64,000 nucleotides of DNA from the NCBI RefSeq assembly GCF_964355755.1, contig NC_092671.1, positions 33,242,304 through 33,306,303 of the forward strand, given 5' to 3'. The DNA is from Antedon mediterranea (lineage: Eukaryota; Animalia; Echinodermata). This document shows, one piece after another, positions 1 to 12,429 of this stretch. Position numbers and translations under genes: made by a program. The number at the start of each line of letters is the position of its first letter. Position 1 is the first letter of the stretch. The notes beneath the pieces were generated by a model. That model was given only the letters and a program-made list of their open reading frames with translations. It had not been told where the DNA came from and did no database searches.

Positions 1-99
1 CATTAATACATAATTAATAAGAAGCAAAATAAACAATTCGTGAAATAAAAATTAATTATATAGGTAATATTTCGGTTGGAGGTAAGTCAATGTAAAGTT

Positions 100-847
100 A
101 ATGATGGCAAAGACTAGAATTACTCAGTAGCTTCGGGTGCATGTGCTTCCTTGAGGTTCGGGTAGTATTTAGCAAGATGATCCATGTCGATGAATGTGCC
201 TTTCTTTTACTTATCACTTGTAAAATCATCATTTACGTAGATGATGTTATCTTTAAATCCAGGTCTAAGTTTTGGAGCTGCCTTGAGTACTCTTTCTTTA
301 GTGGAATATCTGAGAAAGTATGCAGCAATTGGTCTCGGTTTATCTCTGGTGGTATTACGTGGTCCAACTCGATGGGCTCGTTAGATATCATCATTAGCGA
401 TTTTGATGCCGGTGGTATTGGAAATAAAAGAGGAAAGAAATTAACAGTAGGCCTACCTTTGCTATCCTCCGCTTGTTCGGGTATGCCAGTAAACCAGCGT
501 TGACGTCCTTCAAGGTTGTCGATTTTGTCGCGTATCTCATCCATGCATTCTGTAGTGGATTGTAGCGTATGCTCAGCAATATCCTTCAGCTTAACATCCA
601 CAAAATCAGAATTGTCCTGCATATCTGTGTGCAATTTCCTCAGTTCTTTTTGTACCAGTGATTTCAAGATTGAGGATGGTAATGTCTTTTTCGAAAGAGA
701 CAATCTTGGTGACTGCGTCGCATAATAACCAGCAATGGTTTTGCAGCCCATGATTGACTTGATGAGATTTGGCAGCCAGGTGTTCTGTTCAACGGTGCTA
801 ATATTTAAATTAGAAGTATTTGGCTCGTTGTTTTCCATGTTGGCCAT
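100..847 (-). pseudogene. Decayed LINE ORF1 (L1-type, Transposase_22/RRM-like RNA-binding protein)
   Basis: ORF 233..847 has a coiled-coil region then IDNLEGRQR..FTGIPE (cf. L1 ORF1 LENRSRRNNLRIxGIPE). After a frameshift another frame reads RAHRVGPRNTTRDKPRPIAAYFLRYSTKERVL...IYVNDDF, the RAHR/PRPIIV(R)F motifs of L1-type ORF1. In-frame stops present. Confidence 0.75.
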
Positions 848-1404
848 TGTAAAAATTTAGTTAGAATAAATAACGAAAGTGTACTTATAATTAATGCAAC
901 CGATACATTCACTATCCAGGTAGGTATACTGGTCGCATGCAGTTAGTAGCTTATCCGTGCAACATGCTATCACAGGTAAACGAGTACTGTATCTAAAAAC
1001 GTATACGTCTGCACTCAACTACGAACTAAGGATTTTAAAAATGTACTTATACCTATTTACACCAAATAATAAATAAATAATAAGAGATCAGACCAGTGTA
1101 TCAAATCAAACAATGGTAAATATATAAGCTAAATGTGTATAGGTACTTACATTCCGAATCATCTAGGCCAACTTAAACATGTGTGTGTTCTTTATCGCGC
1201 TGATAAACAAGTTACGATGCAGTCGCTTGGGTATTATCGATTTGAACTGAAGCGGCCAACGCCAAACAAGTCATTATAGGGATATGAATATGCATAGTTT
1301 TAACAGGGTAAATAGGGTTAACAGTGTTAACAGGGGTAACACTTTTTTAAATGGTTAAAATGGTTTTAGGAGGACGTTCTGGATTGGACGTTTTCGGTCG
1401 GTTA

Positions 1405-1596
1405 CCATTTTATTGAAATGCTTGATATTCTTAAAACTAAACCTACTCTGTTTCACAGTGTCTTAGATGATTTATAACATTTTAAAGTGTAGTGTTTATT
1501 GTTTGGTAGTGCCCTTATATGGGGATGCGGAGTTCATTTGAGGAAGGTGCTTATTATTCGAGGGATATGTTTAATTTTTTAGTTGTAATAATATGG
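1405..1596. mobile_element. pogo/Tc1-like MITE (copy 1)
   Basis: Ends CCATTTTATT...AATAATATGG flanked by TA on both sides; a related shorter copy lies at 12430-12543. Confidence 0.55.
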
Positions 1597-1760
1597 TAAC
1601 GTTTATAATCAAATAAAATCCTCTAATAGATATGAAAAGTGGTAACAAAGAATTAGAAATGGTTGGTAAATTGTAGAACAGTCCGATGAATTCTACTACT
1701 AATTGTATAATTATGCTATAATTACTTACTATACTTACTATAATATACTTACTTTAACGT

Positions 1761-3512
1761 CTACAATGTTGAGAAGGTGATTAATGGACTTTCGTCTAAT
1801 AAATCTCCAGGTCCTGATTCCGTGCATCCATACATATTGAAATCTGTTTCCGAATTTATTGCTCCACCATTATTTAATTTGTTTAACTTGTCCCTGCGTA
1901 TTATGGGGGAAATCCCCGCTAAGTGGAAAATGTCCCATATCACTCCTATATTTAAATCTGGTGATAAAAATGCAATTTGTAATTACAGACCAATATCCCT
2001 TACCCATATATGTTCGAAACTGCTTGAAAAAATACTGTTTTCAAGTATATCTGATCACGTTGCTTATAATTGTCCAATTACTGAAGTCCAGCACGGTTTT
2101 TTTCCCTCCCGTTCCTGTGTTACCCAACATACCAACCTAACTCATTCCTGGGCATCTTCGCTAGATAAAACTAAAGCCCCCAGAATTGATGTTATCTTTC
2201 TCGACTACGCCAATGCGTTTGATAAACTGCCTCACCATATTATTTTAAATAAGCTGGCTAATCACTTCAATATCAGAGGCAATGTCTGGAAATGGATCAA
2301 GTCATTTCTATTGGGACGTTCCCAAAGAGTCTTGTATCAAGGATCCATTAGCCCTTCATCCCCAGTTACCTCTGGCATACCACAGGGCAGCGTACTTGGA
2401 CCCCTTATTTTTAACTTATTTATAAATGACCTTCCCTCATCTATTATTTCTCCACGTGCATTGTTTGCCGATGACACGATAATTTATAGAAATATATTTA
2501 CTGTAGACGATGAAGTTGTTCTTGATCAGGCTTTCCTCTTGGTGTGATCTAAATGAAATGGAGCTTAACTTAAATAAAACCAAGGCTCTCCACATTACAA
2601 GATCAAGGAAAGAGTATAGACCTGTTTATCGTATAAATGACTTGCCTATTAAATCCGTATCTAGTCATTGTCATCTGGGGGTCACGATTAATAGTGAACT
2701 TACTTGGGATGACCATGTAAACTTAATTATTTCTCGTTCAAATCGAATGTTGGGTTTTATTACTAGTATTGCAGGAGGATCATCCCCTTCAGCTATTTTC
2801 TCAGTCTATAAAGCTCTCATTGTCCCCATCCTTGAATATGGTGTCCCAGCGTGGTTGCCTCGAACCAAAAAACTTACGGAACGTATCGAGGCAGTCCAGC
2901 GAAGGGCTACTAGGCTTGTCCTTAAAAAAACAAGAGGTGAAATGGAATACGAGGAACGTCTCACTAAGCTAAATTGGCCTACACTATCTAATCGAAGAAA
3001 TTATCTTCTGTTATTCTTTGTTTGTAAATCACTTATTGGAACGGTTGATTGTAGTAGTGTTCGTCAATCTATAGTTTTTAATGGCCGTCACCTTGATACA
3101 CTTAAGTTCATTCATCACTATGCTCGAACCAATTGTCTTCATCATTCCGCTATTAACGTATTCCCTAGGTTGTGGGAAGAATTACCGGAAATGATTAACA
3201 ATTCTTTAATTTTAGACAGTTTTCCAACATTTTTAAATTCACTTAAATCACATGTTTTATATTGACTTTGTTGAATCGACTATAATGTATTTTATCCGTT
3301 TATTTTATATTGACACTGTTGATTCGTCTATTTGTTATTTAAATATTTTTATATAGTTTATTTTATATCATTGTTGTTACTTTGGGAGTACGGAACCTGA
3401 ACTCTTGTTATAGTGATTAGGTTCACTTTTAGGTTCCTGCCTACTCCCTTAGTTTCTGTGTTTTTGTTTGTTTGTATCTGGTTTTTGGCAATAAATAATA
3501 ATAATAATAATA
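1761..3512 (+). mobile_element. 5'-truncated CR1-group non-LTR retrotransposon (RT + C-terminus + 3'UTR)
   Basis: ORFs 1777..2547 and 2510..3265 join through one frameshift near 2520. Motifs KSPGPD, NYRPISLT, QHGF, FLDYANAFD, GIPQGSVLGP, LFADD, HLGVTI, RPILEYG-like. 3'UTR stem (gggagtacggaacct...aggttcctgcctactccc, ~3384-3448) and (AAT)n tail at ~3490-3510. Confidence 0.93.
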
Positions 3513-3620
3513 TAAATATAATACAATATTGTGTGCGTATAAATGTGGATGGGCGGCGTTTATTAGATTATTATTGTATTGTTTGAAGGTTTGCATAGCG
3601 AAATCAAATATATACGTATA

Positions 3621-3737
3621 TTAGTTCTGAAAGGAACTGTTGAGTTTCTCGACGTTTCGATCAGTATGCTTTGATCGTTCTCAGGAGTGAGAATTCTCAC
3701 TCCTAAGGACGATCAAAGCATACGACGAGAAACTCAA
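3621..3737. ncRNA. Inverted pair of Penelope-like-element pLTR fragments with minimal hammerhead ribozyme motif
   Basis: Palindrome 3640-3737 centred on GAATTC (3691-3696). The minus arm reads CTGAGAA-c-GATCA-aagcatac-TGATC-GAAAC-GTC-gagaaactcaacagttcctttcagaac. The plus arm has CTAAGGA-c-GATCA..., so the two-arm consensus is CTGAGGA...GAAAC. Confidence 0.65.
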
Positions 3738-6700
3738 TAGATTAGGCCAATTATTAATAATAATTAATTATTATTCTAAAGTTGGCCGTTTATTCAGGTA
3801 AATACCATCCATGGTATAATTAATACATTATTTAGTTTTTAATTTAACTTCCTCGACATAGTGGGCCGTTTTGGCCTAAGAAGGAATCCGTTTTAGACGG
3901 CTTGCAACGGCAGAAGTATCTCAGGGTCCTAACGGGATACAGATAGCCTACAGTTAGTCCTGCCAGATTACTCAACAACTCGGCTATCGGAGTTCCACTC
4001 GATTTTAAACAAAAGGTCTTATCATCAGTTCTCCCGATTGAATTTTACACACTATTCCCCATAATATTCTCCGATTCTTTATGAATATATTAATTCGATG
4101 TTTATTAATTTTGCAGTATAATTTTTATTTTGGTAACTACTGTACCTTCACAAACGCGGTCCAAAAAATAAATAAATATATCGCCACCAACGGCCAATTA
4201 GTTGAAACCAAGAAGTTGCAAGTCATGAATCACCGTGAACCCGGAAATTACTACCTATCTACCGATGAAATCAGAAATTTTGCTTTAAAACCCTTTATAA
4301 TATCTCCCTAAGATAGAAATATGGAACAATATCGTAATAGTGTGAACTAATGTTATCAAATCTACGTTTCGCGGTACATCTGAGATAGATGAGGTAGAAG
4401 TATTTAAGGCTATTATTGTGCTTGCCTATCTCAGAATTAAGCATAATTTATTATAGATAAACACTAAAAAAGGCAAGGCAAGTTCCATATATTGATCATA
4501 ATTTATTCATAAAAGTAGCAAATAGTAGGTAACAAAAAGAAATTGCAAAATATCAAAACCATTAAAAAAATGTAAATAAAAAAAATGAACACACACAAAC
4601 AAAACGATTCCAAATGGTCTTTTGAACATAAAAACAACTTAACAAAAGTATTTCCGCAGTTGTTTTTCATTCGAATTATTTACACTTTTTAATTTTATTT
4701 ATATGTATCAAATAATTAATACACCACGAAAAACACCCAAATTAATATAGTTTGGCATTTTATGCTTTCCTCAGTGTTTGCGCGTATCATCTAATTCACA
4801 ATTTTGCTTTAGCGTCTTTTTTTTAAAGTCTGAACAGTCAAAAGTAAAGGTTAAAGTTCCATATCCAGTATTGCTTTCATTTTTAGCTTACATATATTTC
4901 TAAGTAAAGGGATAGTGTATAACAAGATCAATGGCCGTAAATAGTTTTGATTCTTGATACAATGTTTTATCAGAGTGCGCTTTTATTATACTTGCCCATG
5001 CAAAGTATATAACCACATTATTAAGGCAGAAAAAGACCGTGTGGTGCACGGGTTACTGCTAGTGTGTGGCTACTTTGAAATCAATCGACACTAAACGCTT
5101 ATATGGATACTATGCGGGGTAGAAGAAAATATGACACTAGAAATAATACATATAAAATGGTGTGGCTAGATCTTGCAAATACTGCTCTAAATCCTGCAGT
5201 TAGAGATGAACTAGAGAGAAACACTCTGTTGACATATAGAATAATCAGTAGTATCAAATAATGGTTGTATATTTTATTTTTGTGTGTTAAGTAGATATTT
5301 AGGCTACGTTAATTTCAATTTTAAAATGCACAAAAAGGAAAAGCAAATAAAGTTGACCCATATGTGCACAAGGTACATTTAAAATTATTTTATTTCAATG
5401 TTTAGCTAGAGATGTAAGTATGATTTGCAAAACTAGCGAGATTGCTAATAACTATTCATCCACTACATACATAATAATAATTACGATAAAAATAATGATA
5501 ATAATAGAAACAAAATATCTATTGTTTTCTTTGATGTTTTATTATTTGTTCATTTTACTATTTATATTATTTTTATGTCGTTTAGGACTTACATGGGCTA
5601 TCCTTGCATCTCATAGTCTGGTTTTTTTTCTGATTTTAATTGTATTATAGAAATTGTAGTTAAGTACAAAAAAAGAGATGTAGTCAAAAAAGAATTTTAA
5701 TAACAATGAAGGAAAATCTTAAAAACGATTGTAATAATGTATGATATATTTTTTATAGAATAACCTTTTAACGTGATTTTATGTATTCTTGTCCTTGTCA
5801 TGTTTATTGAGATGCAAATAAAACAAACCAAATCCCACACCGTTTACCACCAATCAAACAAACCTCTGTATAAAAGACTGTTTTACATAATTCAATAATA
5901 CCAGAACGACCCTCCTACTGTAAAATTCTCCTACATAAGAATACATGAGAAAAAAAATAAAGAATGATAACTTGAAAACTGTAGGCGCTATCGTGCTAAC
6001 AAACAAAAACAAAGATTACAAACAAAGTAAGTACTATACTCGGCAAAATTTTATTTTGCCAAGTAACAAACAAACACAAACATCCACAGCAAGACTTTGT
6101 ATTCTTGAAGTCAAATAAAATAGCAACTTTGAATGCAGTTGGAGATGCTGATACCAAAGAACTCAGTTAACAAATAACAATTTGTTAAGGATATTTTTCA
6201 AAACAATTATTTAAAGAAATACCGTAACTTACGTTTCATTTAAATAAATACCCTATTCGTATCAAAGATACATGTTATCTGCTACTATAGTCTTTACCAT
6301 CATAAAATGTCTGATTGGGATTTATGTCACATGCGCAGTTTAATTTCAGTAATTTATTTATTTTTTAAACATTCAATTTATAGTGTGTACAATGTATTGA
6401 AGCCATCCCACAGCTTGTTTAATGTAAATTGCAAATAGCCTTGGTATGGTTCCTGCCAAAAAAAAGTAGTTAGGAATGTAGTTGTAGGAAAAAATGTTGC
6501 CAATATGTGGTAAGTACAAGTACTGTCAACTGTCAAAATACTTAATACAAGTTGATGTATAACGTTCATAAATGTTCTATATATTTATTATTTCCATGAA
6601 ATTTTTTTTAATGAGGAAACTTAATAATCAATTTCAACAGGACAAAATATCTAAAAAGTCGTTTTTCTTCAGCTTTTACATTTTTTTAAAGATATGTTAT

Positions 6701-8686
6701 TTGAGCATTATTGTGACATCTTATGACGTCATAAGTACGTCATATGGTAATTTGAATATGGCTATGAATAAGTGGAAAGTTTAATATCACATTTATATCT
6801 ACTCGTTATCCAATTGCGTGGTTAAAAAACTAACCTTTGAGATACGGAGCTTCAAAATGGAAAATATCGGCCATTTTGAAAATATGCTAATTGACCCACC
6901 ACTTTCTGATAAATAATAGACAAAATACAAATTGTTCTAGGTGTAACCATACTTGTACTGGACTAACATGTCAATAGAGCAATCCTACTGCGCATACGGA
7001 TGGGTAAGTTACCATTTTGATATTTATTCACGAAATTATGTCTTTGAAGAAGCGAATGCTTTTATACAGCTTACATAAGGGTTTAAAGATATTGTCCCAC
7101 TGAAATTATTATTGGTTACATTTTTTTAAGTAGGCCATTTTAATTTCACATAATATTTATTCACTTTCACCAAAAATTGCATCGAAAAAATAAATTATTT
7201 ACTGGACAAAACTGTAATTGAAAGCAGAAATGATAAAAATTTGCTGCCAGTTGAATTTAATTTTGTTATTTTATAAGTGAAAAAGGATTTTTTTTTATAC
7301 GGAAGTAATTATTAATGTCTGTCTGATTTTAGTGATCTTCATTTTTCCTATTTTTGGAGGACAATATTTTTCATACATTAGTGAATTATCCATCTATGAT
7401 ATACCACTGAAGACTGGAATTAATTATTAATAATTACTTTCAATATTTCCTGGATATATAAAAGGCATTACTCTTCTGTTTATCTCGCATACAGTATGTT
7501 TGCTGAACATTTCTATGTCCAAAGATGTGCTCGCACAGTTTATTTGCAAGTAAATTCAGGAAGCCCGTTCTGCTACCGTTGTTATTATAATTCATTGAAT
7601 TGGTAAATAGGTTTACGTGACAATGAGTGTGATTTAGTAGATTCGTTTGAGAGGCAAGGCGGTTTTGAAATTTCATAATGGGTCGAGTGTGCTTCACAGG
7701 ATGGCGATTTGTGCGGAATCTTACTCGCCTCATAGGCTTGCTTGTTCTAATTCCGAATAATGGATTTACGTGGCATTTTAAATAAATAATATCAATATTT
7801 GTAGTAACTTTATTCCAAATCATTAAAAACAGATAACAACTATAAAGATACAAAATGGAAAGAAAAGAGAAACCGCATTTTATATTCCTTCCCTGGGTTT
7901 ATAGCCTCTCTACCTGAATACGAACACGAACATTATACAATAATGACAACTGTCAAAAGTACGTTTATTATTGTAATTTTGTTACCTATTTTATATATTT
8001 TAATTATTATATTTTTAATGTAAAAAAAACAAATGTAAATGTGGTTTTAAAAACTTCCAAATTAATCATTTTATATATATACAGCAACTTTTTTTTATTA
8101 CAACTACTTTTAACGTTGTAACATATAAATGTGAGGAAAATATGCTTTAAAATATGATAATAAAAGTGGGACGAACCAAAAAAAGACAACAAAAAAAGAA
8201 AAAAGGAAAGAGCAGTCGCAACCAAGTGGTATCATTTATCATACTTTTGATTTAAAAAAACTTAATGGAATGACTAGCTCAGTCAACAAAAAAAAACCCC
8301 ATCGAAAATGTTGAAACTCCGGAAAATAATGTAAAATGTCAGGGAGACATCCAAACGATCAGATGAAAACCATAGTGCTATTCTAAAGTTGCTTGAAATA
8401 AAAAGGAGGATCATCGTACAATCTTTAAAAGCCTTCTCACCATGGTGTTCACATTGTCCCTAATACAGTATACCGCTAAACGTTTGTAAACGTCTCCATG
8501 CTCTGCTCGAGCAGACAAGGATTTGGAAGATGAAAACGTAAATACGCATGCGTATAAGCTGGCGCTTTCGATTCAAGCGAACAAATTCGCCGAGTGGAAA
8601 ATCAGCTTTACTCGCAATCGCGGAGCCAAACTGTACACACCGCTCTTACTGCATGAACGCGTCAGTTCGGACCTCAGGTGGCACTC

Positions 8687-8695
8687 TATTTAAAA
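8687..8695 (+). promoter_or_regulatory. Candidate TATA box of the PAN-Link gene
   Basis: TATTTAAAA 47 nt upstream of the ATG at 8734, at the end of a CpG-richer segment (8440-8700). Confidence 0.35.
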
Positions 8696-8733
8696 TACCC
8701 AGTATAACGTTTCGCAACTGAGAACTGAGCATT

Positions 8734-8794
8734 ATGTCGATTTTCTACTTATACTGTTTTTATATATTTTGGGGATTTTTTACAAATTGTTTTG
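8734..8794 (+). CDS. PAN-Link protein exon 1 (signal peptide MSIFYLYCFYIFWGFFTNCFG)
   Basis: ATG at 8734, hydrophobic/aromatic ~20-aa peptide, strong donor G|GTGAGT at 8795; phase 1 matches exon 2. Confidence 0.75.
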
Positions 8795-9039
8795 GTGAGT
8801 AGGCCTACACTGAATTAAATATTTAACGTGAATAATTTAAAATTATTATTAAAATGCACCTATATATGATAACACGTTATAGCTTAAAAATAGACTCAAT
8901 AATAATATAGGCCTATGGGCAATAGCATTTTAGTAATAGTACACTTTTAGTTACTTTAATGAGGAAAGATGTTCATACAAGATTATTTATTAAATTATGA
9001 AAATTAAGTCCAAAATAAAAAAAAAATGATTAGATTATT

Positions 9040-9330
9040 CTGATATCAATTCTAATGTTATCTGTGGTTATTTTGAGATCATCTGAAATTATCATGTTGT
9101 TATTCCCAGATAATACTCTGAAATCATTCTTTTATTATCCTGAGCTTATTCTGAATTTTTTTCCGAAATCATTCTGAAATTTTTCTGAAAATCATATGAG
9201 CTTATTCTGATGTTTTTCTGATATCTTTCGGGTTTATTCTGAGACTATTCTAGAAAATCAAATGAGATTATACTGAAATTATTCTAACGAATCAGAGAGA
9301 TTATTATTCTGAGATAATATCGTTTTGATA
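9040..9330. repeat. Degenerate short-period repeat (ATTCTGA-containing) in intron 1
   Basis: Many recurrences of ttattctga / attctgaa / tctgag. Confidence 0.55.
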
Positions 9331-9368
9331 ATATACATTTTTATATATAATGTTTATATAATATGTAG

Positions 9369-9637
9369 GAACAACTCAATACTCATGGAGAACCAATCGA
9401 ATGGAACTTAAAAAGAAAAATTACGCTTTAGTTGGACACATGAGGTATAGATTGTACGCACCGACTATTACGCGTTGCGCACATCTGTGTTTGAGCACAA
9501 TTAAGAAAGAGGGAGTGTGCAAATCTGTCAACTACGATATTTACAACAAAACATGTGATTTGAACGATGATGTGCAATTAGGAAATGAAAATGATTTGAT
9601 AGCAACACCTTTTGTTAACTACTACGAAATAACAATC
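9369..9637 (+). CDS. PAN-Link protein exon 2 (PAN/Apple domain)
   Basis: Acceptor tgtag| at 9368; in frame with ORF 9401; YALVGH...RCAHLCL...VCKSVNY...TCDLN is the PAN four-cysteine pattern; donor C|GTAAGT at 9638, phase 0. Confidence 0.85.
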
Positions 9638-10447
9638 GTAAGTACACCAGATTTCTAACTGACTTGCAATAGGCAATTAGATATTACCTCATGACAGCTA
9701 CATAATCGGGTGTGGTAATATGTCTTTTCAATATATTTGTTTGCGCCCGAACTAACCATAAGAGGAATTTTCCGAATGTCGAGCTCTCTCGTGTTGTATT
9801 TTTAAACATTTATGCAACTACATCCAACAGCGATATCGCCAATTACAGATGCCGTATATTGAATTTTTTTTATTGATCACTTTATTTCAAAATAAATATT
9901 CCATTATTCTAAAAACAAAACAAAATACAAATCGGAAAATCACACTAAAATAGGATTTTTCCCACTTAGTGAAAAAATTTGAATATCGTAACCAGATAGG
10001 TCGTAGTACACCTAACAAGATCATTTTCAACTGTTAATCTAAAATCATAGACTTGCGTACATGCTCATAGAAAGAGGAATTGTTATTAGCACTACAGTAT
10101 ATCACAAATACATAACAAAAAGTACAAAATTAAATAATAGTACTAATATTAATATCATTATTTTCCTCCATTTAATAAAATAAAAAAAACAGCCTGAGTA
10201 GATCATTGTAAATCTATGTTTTACTATTTACTATAAAAACAAATCATATTGATTCAAATCCTTCAAACAATGACATATTTTCTTCATTGCTTTTTATGTT
10301 TTATTGCTCCATGTCATGTTCTTTGATACATTTTTGCTAGTAAGTGCGTGAATTACCCACAGGAGGATCTAAATAGTGTGAAATCATTAAGGCGTCATGG
10401 CCAATAGGACCCTGGTAAATCTTTAAATAAAATTGAAACAGCCTAAG

Positions 10448-11213
10448 AAACAAGGCCAACAGCCATTAAGTCGCGTGCTACAATGCATAGTGATACCGGA
10501 CCGACAAACAGACCGACAGACCGACAGACAGAAAGACCGACCGACCGACATAGTGAACTATACTGACCGAAATTACTGAACATGTTTAAAAATGTTGAAA
10601 TGTTTAAAAACATTTATTTTTTTAAAATTTACACGTGCGTAGCCTGTCACTTTCGACGTGCTCGTATAACGTAATTTCGAGTTGAAAAGTAAGTCAAGAA
10701 AACAGAAATCGGGCAAAAAGAGTGCGCAATAACATTTAACTCATGGCAATTTTGTAAACGCTTAAAATTGCCTGAAATGTACTCTTATTTCATCGAAAAT
10801 AAATTTTGAAAATGTTAAGCGCGCGTACGCATGCGTTACATGCGCTACGCACGTAATTGTACTGCCATATGATGATTTATGCCCTGAAATTTATGAGTAC
10901 CAAATTTTATTTAATTGTGATTCATGGTTGTGAAGATATGATTACAAACGTGATTTCGTTAAATCGTGCGTAGACCGCGTAATTTTTTATTGCGCACCGT
11001 GAAAACATAACCACATTGATTCCTGGCCATAAGGAATATACTGTGAAAAATTGACCTAGCTAGATTAAACTGATATCAAGATAAGGTCAGAAAGCGATAA
11101 AACGCATAGCGATACCGGACCGACAGACAGACAGACCGACAGACAGACGGACAGACAGACAGACCGACCGACCGACATAGTGAACTATAGAGTCGCTTCC
11201 ACGCGACTAAAAA
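10448..11213 (-). mobile_element. DINE-1/HINE-like non-autonomous Helentron element in intron 2
   Basis: On the minus strand: TTTT + subTIR TAGTCGCGTG with partial hairpin (agtcgc-ttccac-gcgact, 11191-11208), (GTCT/GTCG)n microsatellite, second subTIR CACGCGACT, short terminal hairpin, TT. The core (10707-11080) is shared with 29400-29790. Confidence 0.7.
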
Positions 11214-11356
11214 TTATAACGATTTTTGTAATCTATGTTTTTTAACTGGTTCAAGTTTTTAAAATATAAATTATATTGATTCACAACCAAACAATGAAAT
11301 GATTTTTCTTTGTCGTCTTTTTCTTTTTCATTACTCCCACTAATTATTCTTAATAG

Positions 11357-12268
11357 GTTCTTCGACATAACAAACTGTTGATTGTGAGAAAGAACGTGAA
11401 TTACTCACAAGCTCTAAAAGAGTGCGAACTCCTTGAGGCGTCACTGTCAAGTTACGAGACTTTGGCAACTGTGGCAAATGATGGTGATCTGCCTTGTGTT
11501 CCTGGTTGGCTTGCAAATGGTGAGATACTGTTCACAGACATCGATGATTCTTGTGAACTAAAACCTGTATCCAATAGGTATAATATATATCCTGAGCGAT
11601 CGTCAGTTTTTACTGCATGTTACTGTATCATAGCAGGTGTTTTAGCAAATTCCAATGTTTCTTCAATCACACTCTTGAGGTTAACTGGAGATGCATATGG
11701 GAAGCTGACATACGAAAGGGCAATATCTCGCTGTTTCGAAGAGTTCGGAGGTCATCTTTCAGGACTTTCAGAAGTAATAGAAGTTGGTCACTCTGGAGGC
11801 AATATCTGTGACTTCTACGTTGAATCATGGCTTGCTAACTGGTTAATGTGGACGCCATTGCCAGTGCCAATTGAATGTTGGTTAGAACTTGAGAAAGGGA
11901 ATAGAATCTGGATTCCTGAACACAACGGCACCACTGCCCATGCGCTGTGTACACAATCACCCGCAGGATACCAGGAACCGGATCACTGGCCTACACATCG
12001 GGTTGTCAACATTCGTGGATTAGAACTGTATTCATTGACCTTTTCTGAAGCACTCTACCGATGCAATAGCGTTGGGGGTAACCTGGCAACATACGCACAG
12101 CTTGATACCGCTAGACAAAGCGGTTATGATATGTGCCGCATAGGTTGGATAAGTGATGGCCGCAAAGTATTACCTTCTACATGGGCGCGTCCAAACTGTG
12201 GAAATATCGTTGGCATTGCAATATTTTACCATAACGGAAAACAGTCTGGTTTTTGTCACATCCCATAG
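11357..12268 (+). CDS. PAN-Link protein exon 3 (three tandem Link/Xlink modules)
   Basis: Pyrimidine tract + taatag| at 11356, phase 0, in frame with ORF 11378..12268. The third module YSLTFSEALYRCNSVGGNLATYAQLDTARQSGYDMCRIGWISDG...PSTWARPNCG...GFC matches the Link consensus. Two more diverged modules retain four Cys and GWL/SWL. Confidence 0.9.
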   Translation, partial: VLRHNKLLIVRKNVNYSQALKECELLEASLSSYETLATVANDGDLPCVPGWLANGEILFTDIDDSCELKPVSNRYNIYPERSSVFTACYCIIAGVLANSNVSSITLLRLTGDAYGKLTYERAISRCFEEFGGHLSGLSEVIEVGHSGGNICDFYVESWLANWLMWTPLPVPIECWLELEKGNRIWIPEHNGTTAHALCTQSPAGYQEPDHWPTHRVVNIRGLELYSLTFSEALYRCNSVGGNLATYAQLDTARQSGYDMCRIGWISDGRKVLPSTWARPNCGNIVGIAIFYHNGKQSGFCHIP

Positions 12269-12429
12269 TTTTACATTCATTTTTTTTTTTAAACTAGAGT
12301 ACCGTAATATTAGATATGTAATTTTATTTACTAGAGGGTGAGCTCGCTTCGCTAGTTCCCCCTCTAAGAAGTGTAGACGATGGTTTTTAGAATGATAATA
12401 ACTCGGGTAAAAATATTTTAGAAGGGTTA

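Noticed and set aside
141-725. + strand ORFs 141..503 and 516..725
   Set aside because: Antisense shadows of the LINE ORF1 relic.
7083-8430. Possible TTAA-flanked Kolobok/piggyBac-type element
   Set aside because: The terminal inverted repeats are too weak to define the ends.
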